The notes below the pieces were generated by a model, which saw nothing but the letters and a program-made list of their open reading frames with translations, did not search any database and was not told where the DNA came from. A program made the position numbers and the translations under genes. Source: Barthelona sp. PCE (Eukaryota). From it: a stretch of 64,000 bases of DNA. The stretch is taken from assembly GCA_040285745.1 (NCBI GenBank), contig JAUFOR010000003.1:496001-560000 (forward strand), read 5' to 3'. Below are positions 22,401 to 31,978 of this stretch, one piece after another. Position 1 is the first letter of the stretch. Every line of letters begins with the position of its first letter.

Positions 22401-23115
22401 AGAAGTGGTTCCGTACAGCAAAAGTCGTGACGGTATAGGTAAATTTGGTCATACCTTGCAAAGTATCTTTGACAATATGAACAAACGCGTTTTCCAACAT
22501 ACTGTAAGTGCGGAAACACAGAAATCTCTCTTCATCCGCTCTCTTACAGGTTCTGCTTTGTACACATATCTACTTAACCTCAAAGATCGTCACAACGGTA
22601 ATATATTGCTCAGTTTTTTAGCTCATCAAGTCCACATCGACTTTGGGTTTATATTTGACATCAGCCCGGGTGGCAATTTTGGGTTTGAGAGCGCACCATT
22701 TAAGCTTAGTCGTGAGATGATGGAATACATGGGGGATGGTTTTGATAGATTTGTACGTTTATTGAAACATGCTTTGGTTTGTTCACGTTTCTATGCAGGT
22801 GAATTCGATGCAATGATGTCCGAATTATATTTAGATCCCGAAATTTCTAATTTTTACAATGATGAAATTGGTAAAAACATAAATCTAAGTTGTTTCAAAC
22901 AAAAAAACAGTCGTACATCATTCAGAACTCGTTTCTTTTGCGATCTCACTCCAAAACTTTTCCTAATAGCTATTAACACCCTAATTGAAGAGTCAAATAC
23001 CAATACTAGAAGCGCTATTTATGATACGTTTCAAAATATTCAGAACAGAATCGATAAACCAAGATTACTTTATGAAATTGGATGGTCCGATGATCCTGGT
23101 ATGGATAACATTTAA
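19417..23115 (+). CDS. PI4KA: Phosphatidylinositol 4-kinase type III alpha (STT4-like)
   Basis: C-terminal kinase motifs DDVRYD, GVIEVVP..SRD, KDRHNGNIL and HIDFGF.FDISPGGNFGFESAPFKL. First plausible ATG after the NOP58 stop is 19417. Confidence 0.88.
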   Translation: MFSPIRALDQISVLKGNEPRTQIQRVDATCIYSPISKRTLPFLTKDVAFKYILKRAVFDLRDKNGVIKVIQRVSSEPDFFEDFCYMMSTAAPNKRAFLVICVVSSTVFGNLTNEQISKLLDFYNFQKDDMVRVSERMRNFIFNEAKMNMKFFDFLLEYCSDQPNFFSLANIITENISGFPAFIYKLRSKNIALEENHILLPQWRYFASSSFLLSKFRDTIIDAFFDDSVFKYVNQVVCLTEETATAYLEVLVSRSLTLVHAWFLSRLLQVVPTSVIVRLMIDGKLETRNILQFFKFHSFLTKNNKLSAPLLRFMYLFAKNNDEVKESLLKFLLQSPVSIVQFIGFPANHTTFHSMFVEASFEDRMMMLEAIVRHSPIGFNSFPECILVFMQCILQKAGSIPFARELHFPRVANVDNWESIQLLSQVHIPNKKFNNSVSIDLPLLPVDPKNRERPTIGLDAYEPIPKSTVNAPFPLPLETIHEHGRGWSASHYASVALACMSTNYISTDNLEKVLVFVSRRLRTNFHLNFLRQTEALLDALIEVLVDLLPFPPELSIKEEILDSIVSSATDLNMPDTVIRPLLFFFSFLGYDKYGSELNKVFRLKSDTIANIVTFFSSLFDKHPKVFHAVWRFFLFADHNSKQTMKKKISILTNVLKDGSILTLQFAPVLLAGTLVEKYIPMKLPLTKNTHAQFFSNTRHYYPAFAKSVIWRHVEVGVTALCTLCLREYALFQTGTIGSMPIIMFISRSLSDTTCAIVRELCHRQTGNDAIPPFHMHANFSKDSQAESLFEHLVVTSQNLRDIEREDRNAILVDMLSKLKDDHSGLKSVFDGRRYHLDNIDADACFTLKSHARVPLYISFGEEPVDLDETLEIIKKSIAEENFQQYRTALHSLAVGKQLLLANGTIFEYLRTHATESICDFSNLLNRYTNLINYLNESNESHFFNKAVIVKSYDDVRYDQFVSSFVKRMYKRLASVNDVFLFWYDIAPLSSDSGVIEVVPYSKSRDGIGKFGHTLQSIFDNMNKRVFQHTVSAETQKSLFIRSLTGSALYTYLLNLKDRHNGNILLSFLAHQVHIDFGFIFDISPGGNFGFESAPFKLSREMMEYMGDGFDRFVRLLKHALVCSRFYAGEFDAMMSELYLDPEISNFYNDEIGKNINLSCFKQKNSRTSFRTRFFCDLTPKLFLIAINTLIEESNTNTRSAIYDTFQNIQNRIDKPRLLYEIGWSDDPGMDNI

Positions 23116-24521
23116 TCTTTGCTTGAAAATCGAGAAACATGAAGACGTGTCTGATCCAAATAAACAACCTCATTATCATTATTGGCACACTTAACATACC
23201 CGTTCTTATCACATAATGCCGGCTCAATTACTGTTCCCTCGTGCCACTCGTTGAAACTGGTGATTGCAATCATCTCTGCTCCACTAGCAATTGCAGCGTC
23301 CCACATCTTGCGATAGTACTCACGGCTACGTGTGCGTGTGTTCCTCCTGTTCCAAGGTCTAATTTTTTCATCGATGTAACCAGGTCCAACACATGGAATG
23401 AACTTCTGACTACCACGTTCAACGAACCCTCTCCAGTGGCGTGATGTTGAACCGTACGTGAATCCATCAACAGCAAAATAACTGTACAGAGCATCGAAAT
23501 CTGTCAATAATTGAATATCTGTAGATTTCACCAAAAGTCCAATGAGATATGGCGCGTGAGGCTTTCCACGGGTTGTGGAAACAAGCTTAGACCATGTTGA
23601 CTTGGAAACAAGATATGAATCATACACAAAATATGAAATACGTCCGTCGATCTTATGAATAGAAGCATGCTTTCCCCATCGATCGCTGATGTGTTTCATC
23701 ACCTTTGTCATTGACTTTAGAGAACGACCTTTGAACGGCTCAAGATGAATACTCACCTTCAGACTGTGCTTCTGAGCAACACGGAACAACATATCCATCA
23801 GGTCATCAGAGACAGTGCTGCCTTGGCTCTCGCTTCCGGTTATGTCAGGCCAATAACTGATAACAACAACACCAATTCCGGAATCAGCAATCATTTGGAA
23901 ATGAACATCGGTCATCTCCTCGTCATATGAGCTGTAAAGACCAAGGCTGGGGTACACGTTCGCGCCGATCTCCTCCGGAGGTACGCATATATGCTTATGA
24001 TCATCCAAGATTTGATGATTCCAGTGCATATAGTCATGCTTCTTCCCATCAGGGGAGTCAAATGGAGCGTCATACCATGCATAATAGAACGTAAAGACGT
24101 TATAATTCAGAGATACTTTATCATTCTCGTATAATTCATCTTTTAACAAACGATGTTTAGTAACACTTGGGATTGCTGGTTCTGTTGTGCCTTCATCTGT
24201 GCTATCGTCTGTATCGTGGTCTGTGCTGTGGTCTGTGATTTCTGGGTCAAGGTCTGATGGCTGAGGAATCAATGGATCTTTTGCATCGTCATCATGTTTA
24301 AAATCGTCTGGTGTATGGCTTGGGTGTGTTGGATTCACAACCATGTGTTCCTGCCCCTTGTTTCCGACCGCTTCTGGGCTTGTGGCGAAACTTTTAATTA
24401 AAAAAATGGCAAAAATAATATATATGCCCACAAAAACTCCCAAAATTGTCATCCAACCCTTTCTGCTAGATTTTTTCGGCTTTTTAGCATGCTGCTTGTG
24501 AAGCTTAATATTTGTAACCAT
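23112..24521 (-). CDS. MANEA: GH99 glycoprotein endo-alpha-1,2-mannosidase-like type II membrane protein
   Basis: Basic tail, signal anchor and stem, then FYYAWY, HWNH, IGANVYP.LGLYSS, HLEP, VGPGYID..IRPWN and ITSFNEWHEGT.IEPA. Confidence 0.88.
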   Translation of the reverse strand: MVTNIKLHKQHAKKPKKSSRKGWMTILGVFVGIYIIFAIFLIKSFATSPEAVGNKGQEHMVVNPTHPSHTPDDFKHDDDAKDPLIPQPSDLDPEITDHSTDHDTDDSTDEGTTEPAIPSVTKHRLLKDELYENDKVSLNYNVFTFYYAWYDAPFDSPDGKKHDYMHWNHQILDDHKHICVPPEEIGANVYPSLGLYSSYDEEMTDVHFQMIADSGIGVVVISYWPDITGSESQGSTVSDDLMDMLFRVAQKHSLKVSIHLEPFKGRSLKSMTKVMKHISDRWGKHASIHKIDGRISYFVYDSYLVSKSTWSKLVSTTRGKPHAPYLIGLLVKSTDIQLLTDFDALYSYFAVDGFTYGSTSRHWRGFVERGSQKFIPCVGPGYIDEKIRPWNRRNTRTRSREYYRKMWDAAIASGAEMIAITSFNEWHEGTVIEPALCDKNGYVKCANNDNEVVYLDQTRLHVSRFSSKD

Positions 24522-25170
24522 CAAAAAATGCCAAAATGTGTGGAAAAATCGATTACGCTTTTCTATCCCTTCCTTTAGTGTATTGTCTTTTTGAGACAGT
24601 TTAATCAAGCAATTTTAAATGAAAGTCACACAATTTTTGTTTGCATCTACTGCTTTTTTAGCGTTTTCCACAATTATGTTATTCAGAGCAAATAAGGATA
24701 ATATACGTCGGTTTCTTGCAAGGGAATCCTCAAAATCTGATTAGATCTTGTGAACTTTTTTGAAAATTAATTACATAGCAGATCTTTACATTGTACTTCA
24801 GGACTTTAATTCAACTCATGGGACCATACGTCCAAGAAACTGGCATTTAATATCATATAAGTGCTTCAAAACAGTTAAACATGGAGTTGTAAACAATACA
24901 GTTTTTCAAAGCGCAGGTTTTTTCATTTATAGGTTTGAGTACTTTCCTTTCGTAAACGAATAAATATCAACAATTGAGACCGTTTTTTTAGATTAGTTAG
25001 TATGAATTGATCAATTTGCTCAAAACAAACAAAAAAATATACTCAAATGTCGCAATTATCTAAACTTTATACCCTAAACTATTGTAAAGCACAACTTTAT
25101 CCAAAAGCAGTTGTTCAAAGCTGTAAAAAGATCGTTATTAATATTCTTCCCCCATTCACCTCTACGGCTT

Positions 25171-28008
25171 ATGCTGCTTAAAACCCATACTGGAATCACG
25201 AGTATTTCTATAGCTTTATCACAAATCTTGCTCTTCTTACGATTAAATGTACCATCAAAACTGGCTATTTCCCTTCCTTTATTGGGCTTTCTTTTTTCCT
25301 TTCTTTTACACAGATTCACAGATGATTTACCACAGGAAACGCGCATTATGATGACTTCAATCACATTCATCATTTGGCAGTTCCTTGCCGGTTTTTCATT
25401 AACCAGCTATGAAACGATCAGAAATGTACCATTAGCTGAACTCTTTTGGGTACACCAATCCATGGTGCTGGGAACATATCATACATCAGGGACTTATGCT
25501 TTAGTATCGTCTTTTGCTTTTCTCAGTGGAATGTTTTATTTGAAACTAGCATATTTTACTTTTAATCCAATATTTTTTTTCTTTATTATGTCTTTTCTTG
25601 TTTTGTTCAATATTAGATACTTTTACATAGAGCAAATTAACAAAATCAACTCAATTAGATATTCTGCTGCAAATAGAACAGCAAAGTTCGTTGACATGCT
25701 TGAAGATGAATGTTTGATTTCAAAATGTGAAATATCATTGGAAGAGCCAAGATATGCAACCATAATTCAGTTCAAAATTTCATTCCCATCATGCAACAAT
25801 GAATATGATCAATTAAAGGCTTTCCAAGAACTTCTTCACTGGTATTTTGATACTATAAAACACTATAACGTTACAATAGTTAAAGTGTTTGGCAGGAATA
25901 TATATTGCGAGATGCTACCACACCAAACCCTGGCCTTGGCATCTCTATATGACTCCATGAACAACGTAACACGACTTGTCGGCGTTCTGAGCGGATTTAA
26001 GGTGCGATTAAGAATGGCAGTTGCGAGTAACAATGCATGCTGGAGTTTTTATCAGGATCAAGCATGTTATTTCGGTGAAGTCTTTGATTTACTCGAATCG
26101 ATGCTCGAGATACTGAGCCCTGCTAACTTTGACGTGTTATTTGACGCAAATACTTTAAGAGATATGGACGTTGCTCTCAGTTCAAGATCGATACCATATA
26201 TAGACATATCGTTTGAGGCGTTAGGTAACTCCACGTTCGATGAACCAATCACAAGAACCTTCTATATACATGAGTTGTTTTCCAAAGACGTGTTTGACAA
26301 GGAGAATCTGTTAGCTTCTGGCATTGGATACGATAATAACTGCCCCACCGGGCATTACCTTGATTCGACCACGGAGAACAGTGGGACGGGTCTGCTAGAA
26401 GTGGGTGATGTAGCATTTGCTTATGTCCGAGTAGATCAACAAAATTACACAAAAGTTACAGTAGATGGTGTTCTGAATATTAACCTCAAACCCCTACCCT
26501 TGGCATATTACAAAGCGGTCGGACTGTTTCCCCGCCTGTGCCCCGTTATATCACACTCAATTCGTGATGAATTTCCGTTTCTTAGACGGTGGTTTACTAG
26601 TATCAACAATGAACCGAAGCAGGATTCCGTTATGTTCCGAACTATACTAACCGAACAGGTTGCGAAGTGCATCGATGATAATATTAGTGACCCTGGTGTT
26701 ATTTCAATGAGTATTGGATTCATTTTGGCTCCGCAACTCTTGCACATTTTTTTACTTCATTTTACACTTCAGTTGGGCTTTTTTCTCAGTTGGGCTGCCC
26801 TTTTTAGTTTGGAAGACCATCTTTCCTTTCCATTAACCATCGCTATTCCATCTAGCCTTCTAGCACTCACAATGTTCATTCAACTTATCGCTTCCGTTGT
26901 CCTAATGCTGCTGCATCCACGAAAGTCCTTGCAGTCAATGTTGGGTGAAAGCACTTCTATAAACGAACCTGTGACTCGGTTAGCATATAACACTGATGCT
27001 TTCTCCAGGACAGTACGAATGTCTCGTCACTTGTATGTATTTTGCACATCAGTTACATTCGTGTGCTTCTTTTGCATCAGCGTATTACTGCTGTTCATGT
27101 ACAAGAATGACCGATCGTATGCTTTTCCAGCGCTATGTGCTTTCGTGGCTTTTCACGTGAGCTTTAATTCTGTACCACCAATGATTGTACTGTGGCGTTA
27201 CAACTTTGTAATGCATATTGTTTCAGACTGTTTATTAGTGATACATATGTTGATTTTGTCTGGACATCCATTTTCAATTGTTTCAATTCTGTTTCTGAAT
27301 GAGATGCAGTATGCACATATCCACGCACACTGCTTCCACTACTACACGTGGATGCAACAAACCCTAAACAGATTTTGTAGAGTTTTCTCTCACATTCAGA
27401 AAGCCGTCCCATCTTATGCGCTAATCAATTTACCTATTGCAACAAACGCTCAAAAGAAGGTGTTTGTGGACAGGCATGCCATGGCAGCGGTCATTAGATA
27501 TCCTCGAAGCTGTTCTTGCATTGTGAGAATTTTACAAGAAATTGAAAATGAAGATAATAATTTATTCCGCCAGCACACAGTGCGTATCGGACCCTGCCAC
27601 ATGTTGGTTGTCACTTTACCTGAAAAACAACCACCAACGAACGTATCCCATTTTTTCGAGCAGATGAACACTAGAATCCGATTCTTTGAATTCATGAAGC
27701 GATGTTATGAGGGAATATCGGAGATATGCGCTGGGTGCACATGTGTCTGGGTACTAACTGAAATCTATAGTGGGCAAATTTTCAACACTCAATTTGATTT
27801 GTACGCTCCTCTATTATGGGAGCTTGAGAACATTTCTAAGACTCTCTCAGACGGTATATACACCAATGAAAAGGGTGTACAAGATATTGAAGAACTCAAA
27901 TCTTTGTGTAGGCTTTTTAATCAAACTCAGCATCTTTCCAAGTTTCCAAGCGTCGTGACACCGTTACAACCTCACGGATATGCTTCAATGTATTTAGTCA
28001 CAATGTGA
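25171..28008 (+). CDS. Membrane protein with two TM clusters and two degenerate class III nucleotide-cyclase-like domains
   Basis: TM cluster, then ATIIQFKISF...VTIVKVFGRNIYC...VRLRMAV...YFGEV, then a second TM cluster and a second similar domain (QFDLYAP). This is the order seen in transmembrane adenylyl cyclases. Confidence 0.55.
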   Translation: MLLKTHTGITSISIALSQILLFLRLNVPSKLAISLPLLGFLFSFLLHRFTDDLPQETRIMMTSITFIIWQFLAGFSLTSYETIRNVPLAELFWVHQSMVLGTYHTSGTYALVSSFAFLSGMFYLKLAYFTFNPIFFFFIMSFLVLFNIRYFYIEQINKINSIRYSAANRTAKFVDMLEDECLISKCEISLEEPRYATIIQFKISFPSCNNEYDQLKAFQELLHWYFDTIKHYNVTIVKVFGRNIYCEMLPHQTLALASLYDSMNNVTRLVGVLSGFKVRLRMAVASNNACWSFYQDQACYFGEVFDLLESMLEILSPANFDVLFDANTLRDMDVALSSRSIPYIDISFEALGNSTFDEPITRTFYIHELFSKDVFDKENLLASGIGYDNNCPTGHYLDSTTENSGTGLLEVGDVAFAYVRVDQQNYTKVTVDGVLNINLKPLPLAYYKAVGLFPRLCPVISHSIRDEFPFLRRWFTSINNEPKQDSVMFRTILTEQVAKCIDDNISDPGVISMSIGFILAPQLLHIFLLHFTLQLGFFLSWAALFSLEDHLSFPLTIAIPSSLLALTMFIQLIASVVLMLLHPRKSLQSMLGESTSINEPVTRLAYNTDAFSRTVRMSRHLYVFCTSVTFVCFFCISVLLLFMYKNDRSYAFPALCAFVAFHVSFNSVPPMIVLWRYNFVMHIVSDCLLVIHMLILSGHPFSIVSILFLNEMQYAHIHAHCFHYYTWMQQTLNRFCRVFSHIQKAVPSYALINLPIATNAQKKVFVDRHAMAAVIRYPRSCSCIVRILQEIENEDNNLFRQHTVRIGPCHMLVVTLPEKQPPTNVSHFFEQMNTRIRFFEFMKRCYEGISEICAGCTCVWVLTEIYSGQIFNTQFDLYAPLLWELENISKTLSDGIYTNEKGVQDIEELKSLCRLFNQTQHLSKFPSVVTPLQPHGYASMYLVTM

Positions 28009-29187
28009 CTACATCCCTGCCATATCGCGGAGTTGCTGTTTGTAGAAATCCTTAGTATTCTCCACTTCTTGTAATAAAAATGCATTTCTGTCATGTTCTC
28101 GTTCCAATTCTTGTTCCAATTGGCGTACTTGCGCAGCCCAGCTCTCGTTCAAAACGTCTGAAAAATCACGTACATACGTACTTGGAATCACCCGAGGAGA
28201 AGTTGGCTCTGAATTGGGTTGCTTACTCTTTTCCTCCAGTAACAACCGCATGGCCTCTGCTTCACTTTCTTTCATTGCAATTTCATTCAAAAGCTCTTTG
28301 TTTCGTTGTTCAGCTGCTTGTTTTGCGCAACGTTCCGATGCCACGTCTGAAAGCAATGCGTTTTTCGAGCTTGTGGCTGTTTGTTGAGCCTTTTTGAGTT
28401 CTGAAATCTCATTATTATGAGCTTCAGCAAGCATCCTCAACTCCTCCTCCAAATTCAAAAATCTATGCTTCCAGTCCTCACACGCTATTTTAGATGATTC
28501 ATGTTCCCGTTTAACAACCTGAAGCGCTGATTCAAGCTCTTCAGCTCGCTTTGATGAGATAGAAAACTGCTGCTCAAGGATCTCAATCTTATTAACAAAA
28601 TCTAACTCAGCTTTTACCTTTGCTGCATTCATTGTATTCATTTCAAGGCAAATTGCGCTCTCAGCTGCCTCAAGATCTTTAATTTTAGCCAACAAAGCCC
28701 TATTGTCATTGGGAACATACTCAAACTCCGGTGTTGATGGTACTTCTTCCTTTTCTTGGGCTAGTTCCTCGTTATCTTTACGGAGAGATTCAATTTCTTT
28801 AGCTTTTGAATTCATACTGGACTGTAATAAACTGTTTTCTTCTGTTAAAGATGCATTAGTTTGCTCCAATTCATCATAGTCTTCCTGCAATGAGGATAAT
28901 TTCTTTGCAATCTTCCTCTTTTCCCTTCGGTGCTGTGTCAACTCCTCAATCTCAGCAAGCAGGGTAAAAATTCGCTCATTCGCTTTGTCTAATTGCTCCT
29001 CCAATATACTCTCATTGGATGTTGAGTCATTTTTTTGCTGTGAAGTAACATATGGCCCCGTTTTCTCCACTAAAACCTCAGCATTTGTTTCCTTTTCAGA
29101 ACCTTCTATTCCATCAAAGTCTTCCTCTTCCTCTTGAAGAGCAAGTTCAAATTGCTTCGAAATTAAGGATCCTAGCTTGAAAGGCAT
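28009..29187 (-). CDS. Long coiled-coil protein
   Basis: E/K/L heptad-rich ORF; first ATG is at 29187. Confidence 0.8.
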   Translation of the reverse strand: MPFKLGSLISKQFELALQEEEEDFDGIEGSEKETNAEVLVEKTGPYVTSQQKNDSTSNESILEEQLDKANERIFTLLAEIEELTQHRREKRKIAKKLSSLQEDYDELEQTNASLTEENSLLQSSMNSKAKEIESLRKDNEELAQEKEEVPSTPEFEYVPNDNRALLAKIKDLEAAESAICLEMNTMNAAKVKAELDFVNKIEILEQQFSISSKRAEELESALQVVKREHESSKIACEDWKHRFLNLEEELRMLAEAHNNEISELKKAQQTATSSKNALLSDVASERCAKQAAEQRNKELLNEIAMKESEAEAMRLLLEEKSKQPNSEPTSPRVIPSTYVRDFSDVLNESWAAQVRQLEQELEREHDRNAFLLQEVENTKDFYKQQLRDMAGM

Positions 29188-29233
29188 TCGTAAAGTAGGT
29201 GCATTTACAAAAAACAACCTTTTCATTCAAACA

Positions 29234-30247
29234 ATGACTGATCCGGGAGATAACCCACCAATCAGCAGGATGCTGCAATTCGAAAATCCACACACAAAAG
29301 GGGCAGAAGACTCTGAGCTAGAAGATAATGATATTCCTATCCCTGTTGTTGAAGGGGAAGGCTTTTTCGACTATGAAAGCGACGGAATCGACCCCAACCA
29401 ATTCGACGATGTACCATTAGATTATGAATCAACAATAGAACCACCAAAACGAAAGACTGTAACAAAAGATGCTTTCAATGATATTTTAAATCAATTATCC
29501 GGTTATAAATCTGAACAAATTGTTGTGAAGACCCCGCCTAAGCGTGAGAGTGTACTAGGATTGTATCGCCCATCATCCGCTTTAACAGTCTCACCGAATC
29601 GAAAACCTGTAACTTTGAAGAAATCATTTTCTTTTGATGGATCACATCGGTCAAGACCATCAACTGTGCTCGGTCTTGTGGGTAGCATGCAGGCAACCAA
29701 CGCAGCAAGGAGAGTGAAATTAAATAGAAAGAAAAATCGAAAAAGTGAGAATAATATGAAGAAGGATCTGTTCGAAGCTGTGCGTAACCATGTTATTAAT
29801 GTCAAACGTGATGTACAGAGGGCAAACAGAATGTGTGAGTCATTGGGAATGAAACGAATGTATGTATTTGTGGATGATAGTTACACCCCCAAAACAAGAA
29901 CTCTTGAAAAAATCAAGATTGAGGTTTACAAGTTCAACAAAAAGGGGAAGAGATCAAAGAAGCCTGTTCGTGTCATCAGCTCTGTTGCATTCCAACGTGA
30001 GTTGAAGTCTGTACAGCATCGTGTTTCAGCTCCTTCTAGTATTGCTGTTACTAATGTTTCAGCAGTTCCAAAGTACGATATATACAAGCGTGGAGAACAG
30101 AAATTCCCGGATAGAACAGAGAATCCTGAGCAGTATAAGCGAGAAATGAGCGCTAAATCAAAGAATTTAGTTGTAGCAACAAGCCAAATAGTACACACTT
30201 TGCGTAGTTCAATTTCTCTAATCAAGAACAGTCGTTTCGTAAAATAA
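29234..30247 (+). CDS. Hypothetical protein (acidic N-terminus, basic C-terminus)
   Basis: Long ORF. ATG at 29234 follows CCTTTTCA, and the stop overlaps AATAAA. Confidence 0.75.
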   Translation: MTDPGDNPPISRMLQFENPHTKGAEDSELEDNDIPIPVVEGEGFFDYESDGIDPNQFDDVPLDYESTIEPPKRKTVTKDAFNDILNQLSGYKSEQIVVKTPPKRESVLGLYRPSSALTVSPNRKPVTLKKSFSFDGSHRSRPSTVLGLVGSMQATNAARRVKLNRKKNRKSENNMKKDLFEAVRNHVINVKRDVQRANRMCESLGMKRMYVFVDDSYTPKTRTLEKIKIEVYKFNKKGKRSKKPVRVISSVAFQRELKSVQHRVSAPSSIAVTNVSAVPKYDIYKRGEQKFPDRTENPEQYKREMSAKSKNLVVATSQIVHTLRSSISLIKNSRFVK

Positions 30248-30272
30248 ACACGGTTTTTATTCCAGTATATGA

Positions 30273-31880
30273 CTATGAAACACGACGACGACGATTGTTA
30301 CGACGACGGGTTGTCTTAACTACAACTTCTTCAACTTCTTCAGCTTCCTGAACTTGTTCGACTTCGGGTTCTGGCTCAGGTTCCTCAACCACAACCGGCT
30401 CTTCTACAACAGGTTCCTCAACAGCGGGTTCCTCTACAACAGGTTCCTGTACAACGGGTTCCTCTACAACAGGTTCCTCTACAACGGGTTCCTCGACAGT
30501 AGGTTCCTCGACAGCAGCATCGATCTCTTCCTCGAGAGGCTTCTCCTCAGGCTCTTCTTCTTCGAGCTCTTCCTTGGGTTCTTCCTCAGTGGTTTCTGCA
30601 GTCTCTTCTTCATCGGAAGGCACCTTGTCCACACCAGTGGTATCGTCCTCCTCAATAGAGATGGATTCATTCTGCATACGGTTACCCCTAACCAATGAAA
30701 TAACCAAGAGAAGGATAACTAAAATCACAGCCATCACAGGAATGTTCTTATAGATGGGCGTTGATACGGCTTGAGGAATGTTGTTTTGGTTAGCCTCCAT
30801 TATCTCTTGTTGGCGTTGGCGTTCAACCTCCAGCCACTTATCCTCGTAAACCTTACGCACACCGAAAGTTTCCTCTGCAAAATCACGTGCTGCATCAATA
30901 TCATCAGTGATCAAAAGATTATTCCACATAATACCTTCGTCATTGACCAAGATTTCGAATGAAACGGCATCGATAGGATGCTCAATGTGGATCTTTCGAT
31001 CAACCTTGATAAGACGAGGTGTCCAAGGTCCTGGATAGTCAGGGTTGGGAATCATACTTCCTTCAAAGTCACCATCCTCCTCGACGCTCCAGTCCTCAGG
31101 CATGGGCTCCATTATGACCTCAGCGGGGTAATCATCAGGCTTGACATCGTTGATATCAGGACAGGTTGCAGGTGAAGGTGTAAATTCATCAATGATGGAT
31201 CCACCAGCAGAAAGCTCGTTATCTACTAGAATCTGATATGAGTTACCCTTAACAATTAAGGTATAAAGCTGAGTGGTGGGTTTAAGTAACACTCCAACAG
31301 CAGCAGTCTTATGATGTTCAACAAGTTCACCAGTGAAGGGGTTCTTTGTTGTAAAGATGAAGTGAAGACGGTTATTTCCACCACAAACATCGGGCCCAAA
31401 CATAATTGAGTAAGGGTGACTTCCATCGAAAGACTCAAGACCTGTAGCACCTGTGAGCAGCTTCAGGTAACCTCCGCTACACGTCACACGATCCTCCATT
31501 CTGAATTCAAACTGAACAACAAGTGCCTTATCCTCGGTGACAACGATAGGCTCGTCGAACTGTTTGTACATAGCGTAGCGGGTGTGCTTCTCACGGGCAA
31601 TCAAGAAATGATCACCGGGAATACCAGAGCTCTCACCAGCATGATCAATGGTGAAACGACCACGGTACTCAGGAGATTTGGTGTATGTCCAACTGTTGGT
31701 GGAGTCGAAGGCGTCGAAAAAGTAGTACTTACGGGGAGTTGGAGTTGTATACTCAGTGAATGGGAGAGGAGCCAAAGGTTCAATAGGCTGAGCTTTTTCC
31801 TCAACGAAAATGTCATCCATCTGCTCTTCAGTGGCAAGAACTACTGCCACTAAGCAAAGAAGGGTTAACCAGAATTTCAT
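30273..31880 (-). CDS. CANX: Calnexin
   Basis: Signal peptide, LVVQFE.R......CSGGYLKL, PYSIMFGPDVCG, P-domain remnants (KPDD, PEDW..EEDG, IPNPDY.GPW.PRLI), one TM and an acidic tail. Confidence 0.93.
   Translation of the reverse strand: MKFWLTLLCLVAVVLATEEQMDDIFVEEKAQPIEPLAPLPFTEYTTPTPRKYYFFDAFDSTNSWTYTKSPEYRGRFTIDHAGESSGIPGDHFLIAREKHTRYAMYKQFDEPIVVTEDKALVVQFEFRMEDRVTCSGGYLKLLTGATGLESFDGSHPYSIMFGPDVCGGNNRLHFIFTTKNPFTGELVEHHKTAAVGVLLKPTTQLYTLIVKGNSYQILVDNELSAGGSIIDEFTPSPATCPDINDVKPDDYPAEVIMEPMPEDWSVEEDGDFEGSMIPNPDYPGPWTPRLIKVDRKIHIEHPIDAVSFEILVNDEGIMWNNLLITDDIDAARDFAEETFGVRKVYEDKWLEVERQRQQEIMEANQNNIPQAVSTPIYKNIPVMAVILVILLLVISLVRGNRMQNESISIEEDDTTGVDKVPSDEEETAETTEEEPKEELEEEEPEEKPLEEEIDAAVEEPTVEEPVVEEPVVEEPVVQEPVVEEPAVEEPVVEEPVVVEEPEPEPEVEQVQEAEEVEEVVVKTTRRRNNRRRRVS
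30380..30512 (-). repeat. Coding 15-bp tandem repeat (EEPVV)n in the calnexin cytosolic tail
   Basis: About 8-9 degenerate copies of ggttcctctacaac(a/g) on the plus strand. Confidence 0.85.
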
Positions 31881-31978
31881 AAAAGACGGTTAATAGAAAT
31901 AAATGAATTAGCATCCAACTAATCCAATACCCTATGTTGTGCATCTAAAAATGAGCTTTATTCGAACTCACAAATCGT

